Assembly (NCBI GenBank): GCA_048213135.1
Contig: PS015196.1
Span: forward strand, 1-40,101
Length of the DNA stretch: 40,101 nt
Direction: 5' to 3'
Source of the DNA: Reclinomonas americana ATCC 50394
Taxonomy: Eukaryota
Shown here: in pieces, positions 28,701 to 40,101 of the stretch
Numbering within the stretch: position 1 is the first letter of the stretch
Layout: every line of letters begins with the position of its first letter
Translations under genes and position numbers: made by a program
The notes under the pieces: model-generated
Databases searched by the model: none
What the model saw: the letters and a program-made list of their open reading frames with translations, nothing else
What the model was told of the DNA's origin: nothing

Positions 28701-29160
28701 GAGAACAAGCTCAAGTCGTCGTTCGTCTCCTCGGGTGCGTACACGCCGAGTTGCAGTACGAGAGTTGTGGTGGTACCACGTCGTCGTTGTTGTTGATGGC
28801 AGTCACGCGACAGGTGTCGAAGTGTCGCAGCAGCCGCCTCCGCCGCCTCCGCCGCCTCCCGAGGAACCCGTCGCGCCCGGACTCGAGATTGAGCCGCCAA
28901 AGAAGAAGTCGTTTGTGGTGGTGCAGGTGCGGCCAGCATTTCTATCTCCGCAATGACTGCTTGCCTCGCACTGACCGTGCATGCAGGCCAAGAAACCACG
29001 TGCTCACGTTGTCGACGTGCGACCTGTGCCTCCTGTGGCAGCCGCACCGCCAGGCGCTCCGGCTGGAGCCGCCCGTCCTAATGTTGCCGCCACTGTGCAA
29101 GCCAATTATCAGCGCTTCCTGGCCGAGAAAGCCGCACGTGAGGCCGCACAACGTCGATGA
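24592..29160 (+). CDS. DDX42: DEAD-box RNA helicase DDX42 (SF3b125)
   Basis: N-terminal [39 protein letters not shown] motif [82 protein letters not shown]/Gly-rich tail; TGA at 29158-29160. Confidence 0.9.
25620..26110. repeat. Degenerate tandem repeats plus (GA)n in the long DDX42 intron
   Basis: gagtgacaactgc.ttggggcgagaa at ~25635 and ~25834; gagatgctg at ~25674, 25784, 25873, 25954 and 26079. Confidence 0.75.
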
Positions 29161-30191
29161 ATAAATTAGCGGTGGGACACGCCTGTCCTCTCACTTATTC
29201 ACTCACGCGACGTTGTGTGCGTACGCTTCCCCCCCCCATCACAGTCCGTGGGATGCGATTTATGTCGTTGTGGCTTACCCGCGCGTGTGTGTGTTGTGGT
29301 TGCAGTGAGGATCTTTGTCAATTCACCTGAATCACAATCATGGCAGAGGGGTGAGTGGACGCCATTGTCGCCATGTTGCACACACACACGCACGCTCTTG
29401 TGGGAGAAGGAAGAGGGGGGTTGCAGAGGAAGACAGTAGGCNNNNNNNNNNNNNNNNNNNNNNNNNNNNNNNNNNNNNNNNNNNNNNNNNNNNNNNNNNN
29501 NNNNNNNNNNNNNNNNNNNNNNNNNNNNNNNNNNNNNNNNNNNNNNNNNNNNNNNNNNNNNNNNNNNNNNNNNNNNNNNNNNNNNNNNNNNNNNNNNNNN
29601 NNNNNNNNNNNNNNNNNNNNNNNNNNNNNNNNNNNNNNNNNNNNNNNNNNNNNNNNNNNNNNNNNNNNNNNNNNNNNNNNNNNNNNNNNNNNNNNNNNNN
29701 NNNNNNNNNNNNNNNNNNNNNNNNNNNNNNNNNNNNNNNNNNNNNNNNNNNNNNNNNNNNNNNNNNNNNNNNNNNNNNNNNNNNNNNNNNNNNNNNNNNN
29801 NNNNNNNNNNNNNNNNNNNNNNNNNNNNNNNNNNNNNNNNNNNNNNNNNNNNNNNNNNNNNNNNNNNNNNNNNNNNNNNNNNNNNNNNNNNNNNNNNNNN
29901 NNNNNNNNNNNNNNNNNNNNNNNNNNNNNNNNNNNNNNNNNNNNNNNNNNNNNNNNNNNNNNNNNNNNNNNNNNNNNNNNNNNNNNNNNNNNNNNNNNNN
30001 NNNNNNNNNNNNNNNNNNNNNNNNNNNNNNNNNNNNNNNNNNNNNNNNNNNNNNNNNNNNNNNNNNNNNNNNNNNNNNNNNNNNNNNNNNNNNNNNNNNN
30101 NNNNNNNNNNNNNNNNNNNNNNNNNNNNNNNNNNNNNNNNNNNNNNNNNNNNNNNNNNNNNNNNNNNNNNNNNNNNNNNNNNNNNNNNNNN

Positions 30192-31638
30192 TACCAGCAA
30201 CGTGTCGGTCTGCTGCTCCGTCCCCATGGTTGTCGTCGTGGTGTTGGTGGTGGTGGTGGCGGTCATTGACAACGACGATGACGGGGCCGATGATGAGCGT
30301 AATATCGGCGACTCTGCGCGATAGCTGCGGATTGCCTGCAGGTGTTCGTCGCAATCGCGGCGCATCTGTTGCATCTGCTGGCGCAGCATGTCGTTGAGAT
30401 CCTCGACCCGACGCGTGGCGGCCTCTGCCACCGCCGCTCGTCTCTCTGCGTCGGCAATGAGTACTCGGTAGCGCGCCTCGGCAGCCTCCAGCGCCAACTG
30501 CTTGTCTCGGCGGTACAGTTCTTCGCTTCGAGCAAATCGCTGCTCCTGCTCCAGCAGATTGCGACGGTGGAGGTCGCGCAGCGCCTGTACGGCCTCGTGC
30601 AGCGTCTTGTCGAAGCGGCCCTTGCGCAGGGCTGTACGGGAAAAAAAGGGCGGAGCTCGTGAGAAAGAGAAAGAGAGAGAGAAGAACGGGGAAAGCGATG
30701 GTCACCTTCCGCTTGCTCGTACTCTTGCAGCCGGGCCGCCATGGCCTCTGTTTGGCGTCGCTTCTCTTGCAGCTGCTGCTGGAGGCTCTCGGGAGTGCGC
30801 AGCGACAGCTCATCGTCCTCGCTGAGGGCCGACGATTCGGCAGCCGTGAGCACCCCGCCACCCTTGACGCTGCCGCCGGCGCCACCACCCATGGAGGAGC
30901 CTTTGGGAACCATGGGCCGGAGACTGCCACCGGTGCCGCCAGTGCCCGACTGCGCGAGACGGGAGGTGAGCAGGATTTTCAGCGGCTGAGGTAGGCAAAC
31001 AGACGCACCGCTGTCGTGCCAAAGTACGCATCCCATTCCTTGAGCAGTGCCTCGCATTGTTTCAGTCGCTTGTCCTTGGCCTCCAGCTGCGACGTGTACA
31101 GCTTCTCGAGCGCATCGACCTGGCTCAACACCTCGTGCGACAAGTCAAAGAGGAAGCGCGCCGTGCGCCCTCCCGCCGCGTCGTACACCCCGGCACCTGC
31201 GGCTGCCGTCAGCGTACACCTGAAGAGGCCCGTACAGATGATTGCTTCGTACCTTTCTTTTCGTAGTGCAGACAGATCTTGCGCAGCTGGTCGAACGAGC
31301 TCTGTGGGAGGTGGCGGTACGAGACCCCGTGATGGATGGGCATGGGTGACACACTGGGTGATGGGAGGTGAGTTATGGGAAGGCTCTTTCGTCACTGCTC
31401 TCTGAGTCAGAGAATAGAAGCACTGTCACAACAAGGCGCGATTGACAGCTGTGTGGCTGTGGCCTTCTCTCTCACACACTCTCTCTCTCACAGATAATGA
31501 AAGCACCGTGTTCTTCAGCCTCGTGAGTGATCGTGTGCGACGTCTTCTCTATTTCTCTCTCATTCTCTCTCATTCAATGACAGCACCGTGCTTTTCAGCC
31601 TCGCCAAGGCGCGATTGGTAGCTGGGTGTGATTGTGTG

Positions 31639-31673
<35 letters not shown>

Positions 31674-31926
31674 NNNNNNNNNNNNNNNNNNNNNNNNNNN
31701 NNNNNNNNNNNNNNNNNNNNNNNNNNNNNNNNNNNNNNNNNNNNNNNNNNNNNNNNNNNNNNNNNNNNNNNNNNNNNNNNNNNNNNNNNNNNNNNNNNNN
31801 NNNNNNNNNNNNNNNNNNNNNNNNNNNNNNNNNNNNNNNNNNNNNNNNNNNNNNNNNNNNNNNNNNNNNNNNNNNNNNNNNNNNNNNNNNNNNNNNNNNN
31901 NNNNNNNNNNNNNNNNNNNNNNNNNN

Positions 31927-31957
<31 letters not shown>

Positions 31958-32111
31958 TCCCTTTTCTCCCCTTCTCCACTTCTTCTCCATTCCCTCACCG
32001 ATGAAACACCCGAAAGTTATTCGAGTGATCCACCGACCCCGACGGCAGAAACAGCGGCTGCCCGCCACTAAGCACACTCGCTCCCACCGGCGACGTCGTC
32101 TCCCGACTCAT
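30192..32111 (-). CDS. Uncharacterised coiled-coil protein; 3' end in the N gap
   Basis: ATG at 32111 (MSRETTSPVG..SNNFR), then exons SSFDQLRKICLHYEKKG, ..EVLSQVDALEKLYTSQLEAKDKRLKQCEALLKEWD, ..LQQQLQEKRRQTEAMAARLQEYEQAE, ALRKGRFDKTLHEAVQ..DLNDMLRQQMQQMRR, all with heptad character. The first junction is ambiguous. Confidence 0.75.
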
Positions 32112-32225
32112 TATGTTGTCTTTTCTCGTCAATTCCCGCGAAAATTGATTGAAACGGTCGAAATTCCTTTTTTCCCCTTCTCCTCGTCCTCGTCGCGTGC
32201 GTGTGTGCTTGTGTGCTCGCCACAC

Positions 32226-32484
32226 ATGGCGCGCGATCGAGACCGGCTCGTCGAGCTGGTGCTGCGCGTGCTGGCCATCTCACTGGGCACACTGTTCGTC
32301 GGCGAGCTTGTTGTCCTCAGCGTTGTCGATCCAGGGATGTGGAACACTTGTGCGTGGAGGGTGAGGGAGAGAGGAGAGAGAATGAAGAGGGGAAGAGTGT
32401 GTGCCGAGAGTGAGGACAGATTGAATTTTCCGATCATTGTGCTTTTTGTGTGCTCAAGGGAGAGAATGTCGCCTCGCTTTGTGA
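32226..32484 (+). CDS. Putative small hydrophobic (single-TM) ORF immediately upstream of, and overlapping, the SOD start
   Basis: ATG at 32226 gives MARDRDRLVELVLRVLAISLGTLFVGELVVLSVVDPGMWNT with GC3-rich codons, followed by a typical donor gtgcgt at 32350. A candidate acceptor at 32458 adds WRECRLAL* (49 aa total). Confidence 0.4.
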
Positions 32485-33963
32485 TTCTGGTTGTGGCTGT
32501 GGTGCTGTGCTTTGGTGAGCGGGTAATGACCTCTCCGTTCTTTTTCTTCTCTGCATTCGTCGTTGTCGTCGCGTTTGTGCGCCATGTGCATCAAAGACCC
32601 CCTTGACTGACACACTCTTCTTCTTCACTCGCACAGCTGCGGCGGCGGTGCATGGAGGTGAGAGTGGCAGAGTCCTGCTGAATGCTTCTTTCGTGGTGGT
32701 GGTGGTGGCGGAGAGAAGAAGTCAACTGTGATTGCGTGTGTCTACTGATGCAGATGATGTGTTGCACGGAACGTGCATGGTGGTGCCGCTCAGCGGTGAG
32801 TTCAGTCAGAGGAAGAAAGAGGATGCATGTGTTGCTCTGTCGCTCATATCATGCTCAATGGCAACAGGCAGCTCGTATGGTGGATCGGTCGACATTCGCT
32901 TCTTGGTGAGAGTGTGAGGAGGGAAGAGAGAGAAAGAGAGGAGAAGGGAGCCGTGATGACCGCTGAGCTCCCTCTCTTTGTGTGTCCGCAGCCCGGCATT
33001 GGGTTCCAGTTCTCGGTGAGTCGTCGGATCAATTGTTCTTTCACCACTTCCTGCTATAATGCTCATGTGTGTTGTGCTGCGCTGTGCAGTTCAATGTCAC
33101 CGGCCTGACTCCCAAGTTGAGCGCCGGGCGTGAGCCCTCGTAGCACGCGTTGTTGTCGCTCATTCCAACCTTTCCCCCCTCGTCACAGCACTAACCACGG
33201 CGTGCACATTCACGAGGTGTGTGTGTGCGCGCGCATTCGTACGTGTGTGCGTGTGATCGACGACTCACCCTCCTCCTCCCTCCTAGTTCGGCGACCTGTC
33301 GGACCCGACGTGCGTCACATTGTTTTCTCCCCACAGCCCTCTAGAATTGTTCCTTATCAGTGTGTATTCGCTCATGTTGCCACAGTGGAGCCTCGGTCGG
33401 CGCGCACTACAACCCCGAGTTGCGTTTGCCAAGAATGCGAATGTCTCACGTCTACGCTCGCCGTCCTCACCGCCCAGTCTTACAGCAACCAGCCGCACGG
33501 CTGCCTTGACAGCGCATCGCGCCACAATGGTGAGCAGCGTGCTCTTTGCCGACCCCACCACCACCTCTGATGGCTAAAAAAGACATGTTTCTGTTGCAGG
33601 CGACCTCGGCAACCTGATGTCGGATGCCCAGGGTCGCGGTATCGCGCAGATCATTGCCGGGTGCGACACGTATGTGATGGTCGCCACGTCGATTGTCGAC
33701 TGACTCTTTTTACCGCACAGTTTCCGAGTCACCCTGACCGCACAGAACCCGGTCCTCGGTCGCGCCATCATCATTCACGAGGGCACCGACGACTGCACCT
33801 CGCAGGTGCGTCGAGTGTCCCACTAATTCTTTCTCCGGCACGCGATATATTCACTGTATTCTGCCTTTCGCAGCCTTCCGGCAACAGTGGCGCCAAGAAG
33901 GGCGCGTGCGTGATTGGTATTGCCAACACCATGTCTTCGCGCACGCACTTGCACCAGCACTAA
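32466..33963 (+). CDS. Secreted Cu/Zn superoxide dismutase, 13 exons, 187 aa
   Basis: Exons 32466-32514, 32637-32657, 32754-32795, 32868-32905, 32992-33015, 33090-33115, 33189-33216, 33287-33309, 33386-33418, 33486-33529, 33600-33660, 33721-33805, 33874-33963 (564 nt). Signal peptide, then HGVHIHEFGDLS, GAHYNP, PHG, RHNGDLGN, GRAIIIHEGTDD, SGNSG..CVIG. Confidence 0.93.
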
Positions 33964-34073
33964 GATATCGCGCTCGTGGCAAAGATGGGAGTGTGCTTGC
34001 GTCGCTCTCTTTCTTTGCAAACGAACTGCGATGAACGCCCCCCAATATATGACCATGATTATTTTGGCTGCAT

Positions 34074-37000
34074 TCACCTCGCCTTCTGCCTCCTGCTTGC
34101 CGGCTCCGATGCCTGCGTGTCACACAAACAATGAGCGATTCGACGCACAGTGCAACAGTTGTGACACAGGAGGAGGTCACTCACATGTCGCTTGTGTGGC
34201 GGTGCATCGCCGCCATCATCATCGTCATCGTCGTCGCCTCCTGCCTTTTTCTGTCGACCAGTGAGCATGATCTCGTCGACTTCCGACTTGCGGCTCCGCT
34301 TGCCGAGGGACTGTCGTTGTTGAGTCTCTGCGCAGGTGTAGAGAGTGCAACGGTTAGCAAAGCAACAACTGCTGTGGTGTGTACGAGTCCGCCACGCACA
34401 ACGAGTAAAAGGAAAGCTCGATGAGACAAGAAGACAATAAGCACCATCATCTCTCTCTGTCTCTCTCTCTCTCTCTCTCTNNNNNNNNNNNNNNNNNNNN
34501 NNNNNNNNNAGCACCAAGTGCCGCCCGTACAAGTGTGTGTGATACAGGGCGGTGAACGCATTGGCCGCCTCTTGCGGTGTGAGAAACTCGACAAAGGCGA
34601 ATCCACGATGCCGACCATCGAAGCGTTTCGGGATGCGCAGTGACTTGACCTGGCCGCACGCTCTACACACATTCACAGCGTGAGTCGCTGACCCGGGACG
34701 GGGTAGCGCAGCAACAAAAAAAAAAACGCAACGAGAACAGCTCTTGCATCTCCTTTCGAGTGGCCTGGAATGGCACATTGCGCACCATCAGCTTGGTCCT
34801 GGTCTCCTTCTTCTCGGCGGGCGCACTCGCTGTCGCTGTCGTTGCAGTGGTCGCAGAGCCTGCCGAATCTTTTGTTGCCGCTACTGCGGTGCCGCCACTT
34901 GCTCCCGACGCCGAAGCCGTCATACCGCTGCGAGAGAACTGAATTTCGAGGGCATGCTCGTCCACCACGACGCCCTGCAGACGAGCACCCAAGTACAGGA
35001 TTTTCAGTACACACTGCGTGGAAAAAATCCCTATGCATCGGCGACATTAAAAACCTGCAATTCTTGCATCGCACGCATCGCCTCATCCTTCTTGCCGTAC
35101 TCCACAAACGCAAAGCCACGCTTCTTTCCATCCTTCACTGGCAACACCACCGCACGCAGCTTGCCTGCACCGACAGTGAGACGACACGGGGCAGCACTAG
35201 CCGCGAGAGGCATGCGTGACGCACCAAACTGGGAGAACAGCTTGTTCACTTGCGTGTCCGTCGTCTCGTAATTCAGATTTCTCACATACAGCGTCGACGA
35301 CTGCACCTCTTCTCCATCGTCGCCTGCTGCGCCCGTTCCGTTGGTAATACCGAGCGCTGCATGGTGCAGAGAGGTGTGAGCAGCAGAACCAGACACACAC
35401 ACACATGCGCACGTGCGACTCACCGGCGCGTTTCGAGGCCTGTTTGAGAGCTGGATCGACGAGTCCACGTGGCGCCCACTCGAGATAGAGCGGCTGCTCG
35501 TGGTACGGCCGGAAGGCCAACCCGCGGAACGCTAGGCGAGCTTGCGATGGCTCCACGAAATCCGCCACGGCAATGCCGCTGGCGGGTATCAGGTGGAACT
35601 GCAGTACGACAAGCGCGCGAGGAGAAGGCGTCAATGCACGCCCAGTTCGAGAAACAACTGCCACGCAGATGCACACGCAACGGTAGCCACGGCACCGTAC
35701 GCGGCAAACATGGTCCTCAGCTCCTGATCTGTGGCACTTGGCGACAAATTCTTCACCAGCATCGTGGTCTTACTGCGTTCGCTCTTGTCGAGTTTTGTGC
35801 TGCGCTGTGTCATGGAACGCAGAATGTCGGCGTTGATGCCGAGCTGCGAGACCAGTCACACCGATGAGGGTGAGTCGTCGACACGTGGAGCAGAGTGCAG
35901 CGAGCGACCGAGGCACCTTTTCAAGCTCATCCTTGGCGTCGGCCAGCAATCGTGTTTCTCCGAGGGCCACGCGCACGGCCATCGAGTCGCGACTGAACGG
36001 ATCGAGGAAGGTGGCCTTGTTCACACCCAGCATGTCTGACACGCCGCTGGCCACCGTGTTGCTCTGTGAGAAGAGAGAGAGTGTGTGTGAGAACAACACT
36101 GTCTATCAGAGACAGCAAGTGCGCTTACACGGTAAGCACGTGCCTTCACAAAAAGAGGATTCCATGCAGAGGCGTCATTGGCCCCGGCTTTCAACTTCAT
36201 CTCCTTGAGTTTCTTGTACGACGAGCGTGCATCCTTGGAAACTTGCGTGCCGGAGGTCCCTGACTTTGGCGGCTGCTCGGCCTTCAACACGTGAAGCAGG
36301 CGACCCTGAGGGCGAGAATGAATCAACGCGGGTGAGTCGCGTGGCCATATACAACGAGAACGCATGTAAACACACCTGGAAAATGTCACCGTCAAGCGCC
36401 TTCAGCGCGGCCTCAGCCTGCGCTGGCGTCTCGAAAGTCACATAGGCAAAGCCCTTTGGTTTCGATGTGTCTCGATCGAGTGGAAGATGCACCTGGGTGA
36501 TGGATTGCCGTAAGGGTGAGGGCGAAGGGTTGAGAGATGTGGAGAGAACAGAGAAAGGTGAAACGAGAGTTGACAATGACGCGAGGACAAGGTCGGAGAC
36601 TCGACAAAGCAGGGATGAAGACTGCAATCACAAAATCCCCATCCCACAACAACACGCACCTCTGTTACGCTGCCAAACGGCTGACACAATTTCCACAGAT
36701 CATCTTCCAGAATCGAAAAAGCTAGATTACGGAGGAACAAGCGCGTGGTTGACACCGTCTGATCCGCTGCGGCTCCAGTGTACAGCTTGGTCGCTTCGTC
36801 AGCACTGCGTGCATGCTGACTGTCAATCGCAGAACCTCATGCTTTCACGAAAAACAAACATGGCGACATGCCTTTCCTCGTTATCCACCTCGGCATCCGA
36901 CACACTGGCGCGTCGAAGAAGTGCGTGCGTCAGCCGTCCATGCAAGCAAAGGTGATGCAATAGACATGGAAAAAATCACGCAACGGTCCATCCTCTCCCT

Positions 37001-38520
37001 TGCTCTTTTTCTTTAGCTTCTTCTTCTTCTTCTTCGAAGCGATGGTCTCCCTACAATACGGGCGCACATGCGATATGGCATGAGATGACTGCAGTGAGCA
37101 GAGAACACACACACAAACACGCAAGCATCGCAACTCGTCCTCTGCCTCCTCGTCATCCGCATCCTCCGCCTGCTTCGACTTGCTCTTTTTCTTGTCCTTT
37201 TTTGACTTGCGATCGGATTTTGATGACGGTTTCCTGCATCGCACTGCTCAGCACGTCCATTTCCCGATCTGTGAAGAGCAACGAGCGGCAACGCAACTCC
37301 TCGTCGCTCATTTCGGTGGAGTCCTCGGTCGCATCATGTGCAGTTCTGGTAAATTGCACAAAAAAACGCAGTCAGCGAGTGGGTGGGCGTTCTCCCAAAA
37401 GTCTCCTCGATTTGCGAAACTTGATCTTGGTGCGCAAAAAGTCGAGATCAGTCATGCTCGAATCAAACGCCGCACTCTGTTCGCGATCGCTCTCCGTCTC
37501 CTCCTCATCCTCTTCCTCCTCGGCCTCGCGCTCCATCTTGGCCTGCTCCCTTGCCGGCAAGTCCTCGTACAGGTCGTCGTCGGCGTCTCTTTCAACCGTG
37601 CCTACGGCAGCCGCACCAGACACCGCACCACTCGACAGCGCACCAGTGGCGCTATCGGCCCAGATCTTTGTGTGCGAGCGCGGTTGCATGGCGGCGAGGA
37701 AGTCGGCCAGTTGCGGATCATTCACGTCGACCTGCACAGCAACAGTGAGCGACAACACAAAGATCGCGAGGTGCACTGCCCCGTCCGCAACTGAAGCATC
37801 GTGCTGTGCCAGCATTGCTGCTGGGGACTTGCTCTTCAGCGCCTTCTTGCGTTCCTTGGCGGCCTGGTTCACGCAATGTCATGAATAGGGAAGTGTGTTG
37901 CGTCGATTCTCTCTTTCTCTCTCTCACTCCCTCCCTCCCTCGCTCCCTCCTCTCCCTCCACTTCACTCACCGCTCGCATCGCCTTCTTGCTGACCTCGCG
38001 TTCCTCCGCCTCTGCCTGCTTCTTCTCCTCCGCCTCCTTCTTGGCCTTGGCGTGTCGACTCCACGGCATCGGCAACCGCTCATCGCCCACCTGCATCACG
38101 TGCGAGTGTGAGATGGCAGAGGAGATACAACAGGCGATCCCGCACACTGCACGCGCGGACCTTGAACGCAGGCTCCACAGTCAGTCGCGCCGTACCCAAA
38201 AACGACTTGTTGAAGTAGCGAATGGCGGCCTCGGCCTCCTCTGGTGTGGTGAAACCCACGAATCCCATTCGTCGCGACTGCCCGTCCCTGCTCCGCAAAA
38301 GAGGCAAGAGGGGTGAGCGAGTGCGTGCGTGCGTGCGTGTGAGTGACGATCAGGCAGCCATGTGCACATGCACATCATCAACAGACGCGCGGACAAGTTC
38401 GCGCAACTTGGTCAACACTTTGACATCGGTGACGGCGCCACCGGCCTTGGAAAAGTGCTCCCGCAGCTGCCGCTCATCCACCTTGGGTGGCAAACCCTTG
38501 ACGCACACACGCGACGTCAT
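34074..38520 (-). CDS. RBM19: Multi-RRM nucleolar protein RBM19/MRD1
   Basis: [144 protein letters not shown]. The 3' end crosses a 29-N gap, so the final exon is approximate. Confidence 0.95.
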
Positions 38521-38584
38521 CTGGACAGACGCGCGCATTACGTCATCTCGCGCTTTTGTCCCCTCGTTTTTCGCACACAATACA

Positions 38585-39921
38585 ATGTCAACTCGCGGTG
38601 GTGGTGGTGGTGGCNNNNNNNNNNNNNNNNNNNNNNNNNNNNNNNNNNNNNNNNNNNNNNNNNNNNNNNNNNNNNNNNNNNNNNNNNNNNNNNNNNNNNN
38701 NNNNNNNNNNNNNNNNNNNNNNNNNNNNNNNNNNNNNNNNNNNNNNNNNNNNNNNNNNNNNNNNNNNNNNNNNNNNNNNNNNNNNNNNNNNNNNNNNNNN
38801 NNNNNNNNNNNNNNNNNNNNNNNNNNNNNNNNNNNNNNNNNNNNNNNNNNNNNNNNNNNNNNNNNNNNNNNNNNNNNNNNNNNNNNNNNNNNNNNNNNNN
38901 NNNNNNNNNNNNNNNNNNNNNCTGTATCGAGGGCAACAGTGGACCCTGCTGCATCTGCTGATAGTACTGTTGTTGTTGCTGCTGCTGATGATGATGTTGA
39001 TGCGAATGATGAGTTGATCGCGGTGCTGCTGTCGATTTTCCATCATCGACATTGGCATCATCATCATCATTGGAGGCTGCGGCGGCGGATACCCACCAAT
39101 GCCGGTGGTGCCGAGACCAGCACCGGCACCTCCCGACACAGCCAGCGCAGCCGCTGCCGCCGCATTGGCCGCCGCCGCCGCCTCGGCCGCCGTCATTGTC
39201 GACGGCGCGAACATGCCCATTGCCGCTGCGTCGTCACCCAGCATCTCCTCGCCNNNNNNNNNNNNNNNNNNNNNNNNNNNNNNNNNNNNNNNNNNNNNNN
39301 NNNNNNNNNNNNNNNNNNNNNNNNNNNNNNNNNNNNNNNNNNNNNNNNNNNNNNNNNNNNNNNNNNNNNNNNNNNNNNNNNNNNNNNNNNNNNNNNNNNN
39401 NNNNNNNNNNNNNNNNNNNNNNNNNNNNNNNNNNNNNNNNNNNNNNNNNNNNNNNNNNNNNNNNNNNNNNNNNNCAGCAGCAACAGCAGCAACAACAACA
39501 ACAACAAAATCAGACATCCCATCATCGGCGCGGAATGTCGGCATCTGCGGTGCCGATGCCCGGCGGCGTCACCTCGCCCACGCGATCACCGGGTCGTGGG
39601 AGTCCCGTGGGTCGCAATAAGGATGTGGTGGTGCGTGTATACTTGGACTTATGACTCAAAAGAAAAAAACATGTCTGAGTCGGTGGTCGTTTGTGATACC
39701 AGGGTTCGCTGAGCGACTTGGTGCGTGCGCTGGCACAGCAGAACCGCTCAGCCAACGAGGATCGCGAACAGTTGCAGCTGCAGGTGTGATGCTGGCGGGG
39801 AAAAAATGAGACAGGTGAAGCAGCGCTGACTGCCGATGGTGCGCAGGTGGAGGAGTTGCAGCGGGCACACACAGAGCAAGGTCGGCTGCTCTCTGATGCC
39901 ATTTTCAAGAACTCGGTGCAG
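38585..39921 (+). CDS. Partial uncharacterised gene: Gly/Ala/Gln-rich N-terminus followed by coiled coil; continues beyond the window
   Basis: ATG at 38585 (MSTRGGGGGG), gaps, then QQQQ..NQTSHHRRG..RNKDVV|gtgcgt (39630), exon 39703-39783 (GSLSDLVRALAQQNRSANEDREQLQLQ) and exon 39847-39921 (VEELQRAHTEQGRLLSDAIFKNSVQ), all phase 0. Confidence 0.65.
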
Positions 39922-40024
39922 GTCAGTGTGGAAGTCTGGGAGGGGGAAGGGGAAGGAAAGCAGATTGTGTGTTCATGGTTGGAAGACATGCGTCGGTACA
40001 CGCGCTTGCAGAGAGGGTGAGCGG

Positions 40025-40048
40025 GAGAGAGAGAGAGAGTGAGTGAGT

Positions 40049-40090
<42 letters not shown>
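40025..40090. repeat. (GA)n/(GAGT)n microsatellite, intronic
   Basis: Direct reading. Confidence 0.9.
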
Positions 40091-40095
<5 letters not shown>

Positions 40096-40101
40096 CGAGA
40101 G

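Overview
This is intron-rich eukaryotic (protist-like) genomic scaffold DNA with many N gaps, GC-rich exons, short introns (mostly ~50-110 nt) and CT/GA microsatellites. It is not prokaryotic, and the six-frame ORF track is largely uninformative without splicing. Manual exon assembly gives about 13 tightly packed genes: acyloxyacyl hydrolase (AOAH), a TMEM243-like membrane protein, the C-terminal half of a sideroflexin, an unknown ~8-TM protein, YIF1, an inositol polyphosphate 5-phosphatase with a C2 domain (three middle exons on the opposite strand, on a gap-flanked contig), an ARM-repeat protein, DDX42, a coiled-coil protein, a small TM ORF, a secreted Cu/Zn-SOD, RBM19/MRD1 and a partial Q-rich gene. 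The most unusual signal is in the splicing code. At least 23 introns use a 5' splice site whose usual GCG/GAG/TCG core is shifted one base downstream (GTTGCG, GTCGCG, GTTGAG, GTTTCG), nearly always after a non-G last exon base. Other points are an AOAH with Gly at the catalytic Asp position, an atypical SOD split into 13 tiny exons, and intergenic gaps as short as 38 nt. I found no mobile element, CRISPR or RNA gene. All protein identities come from recalled family motifs, not database searches.
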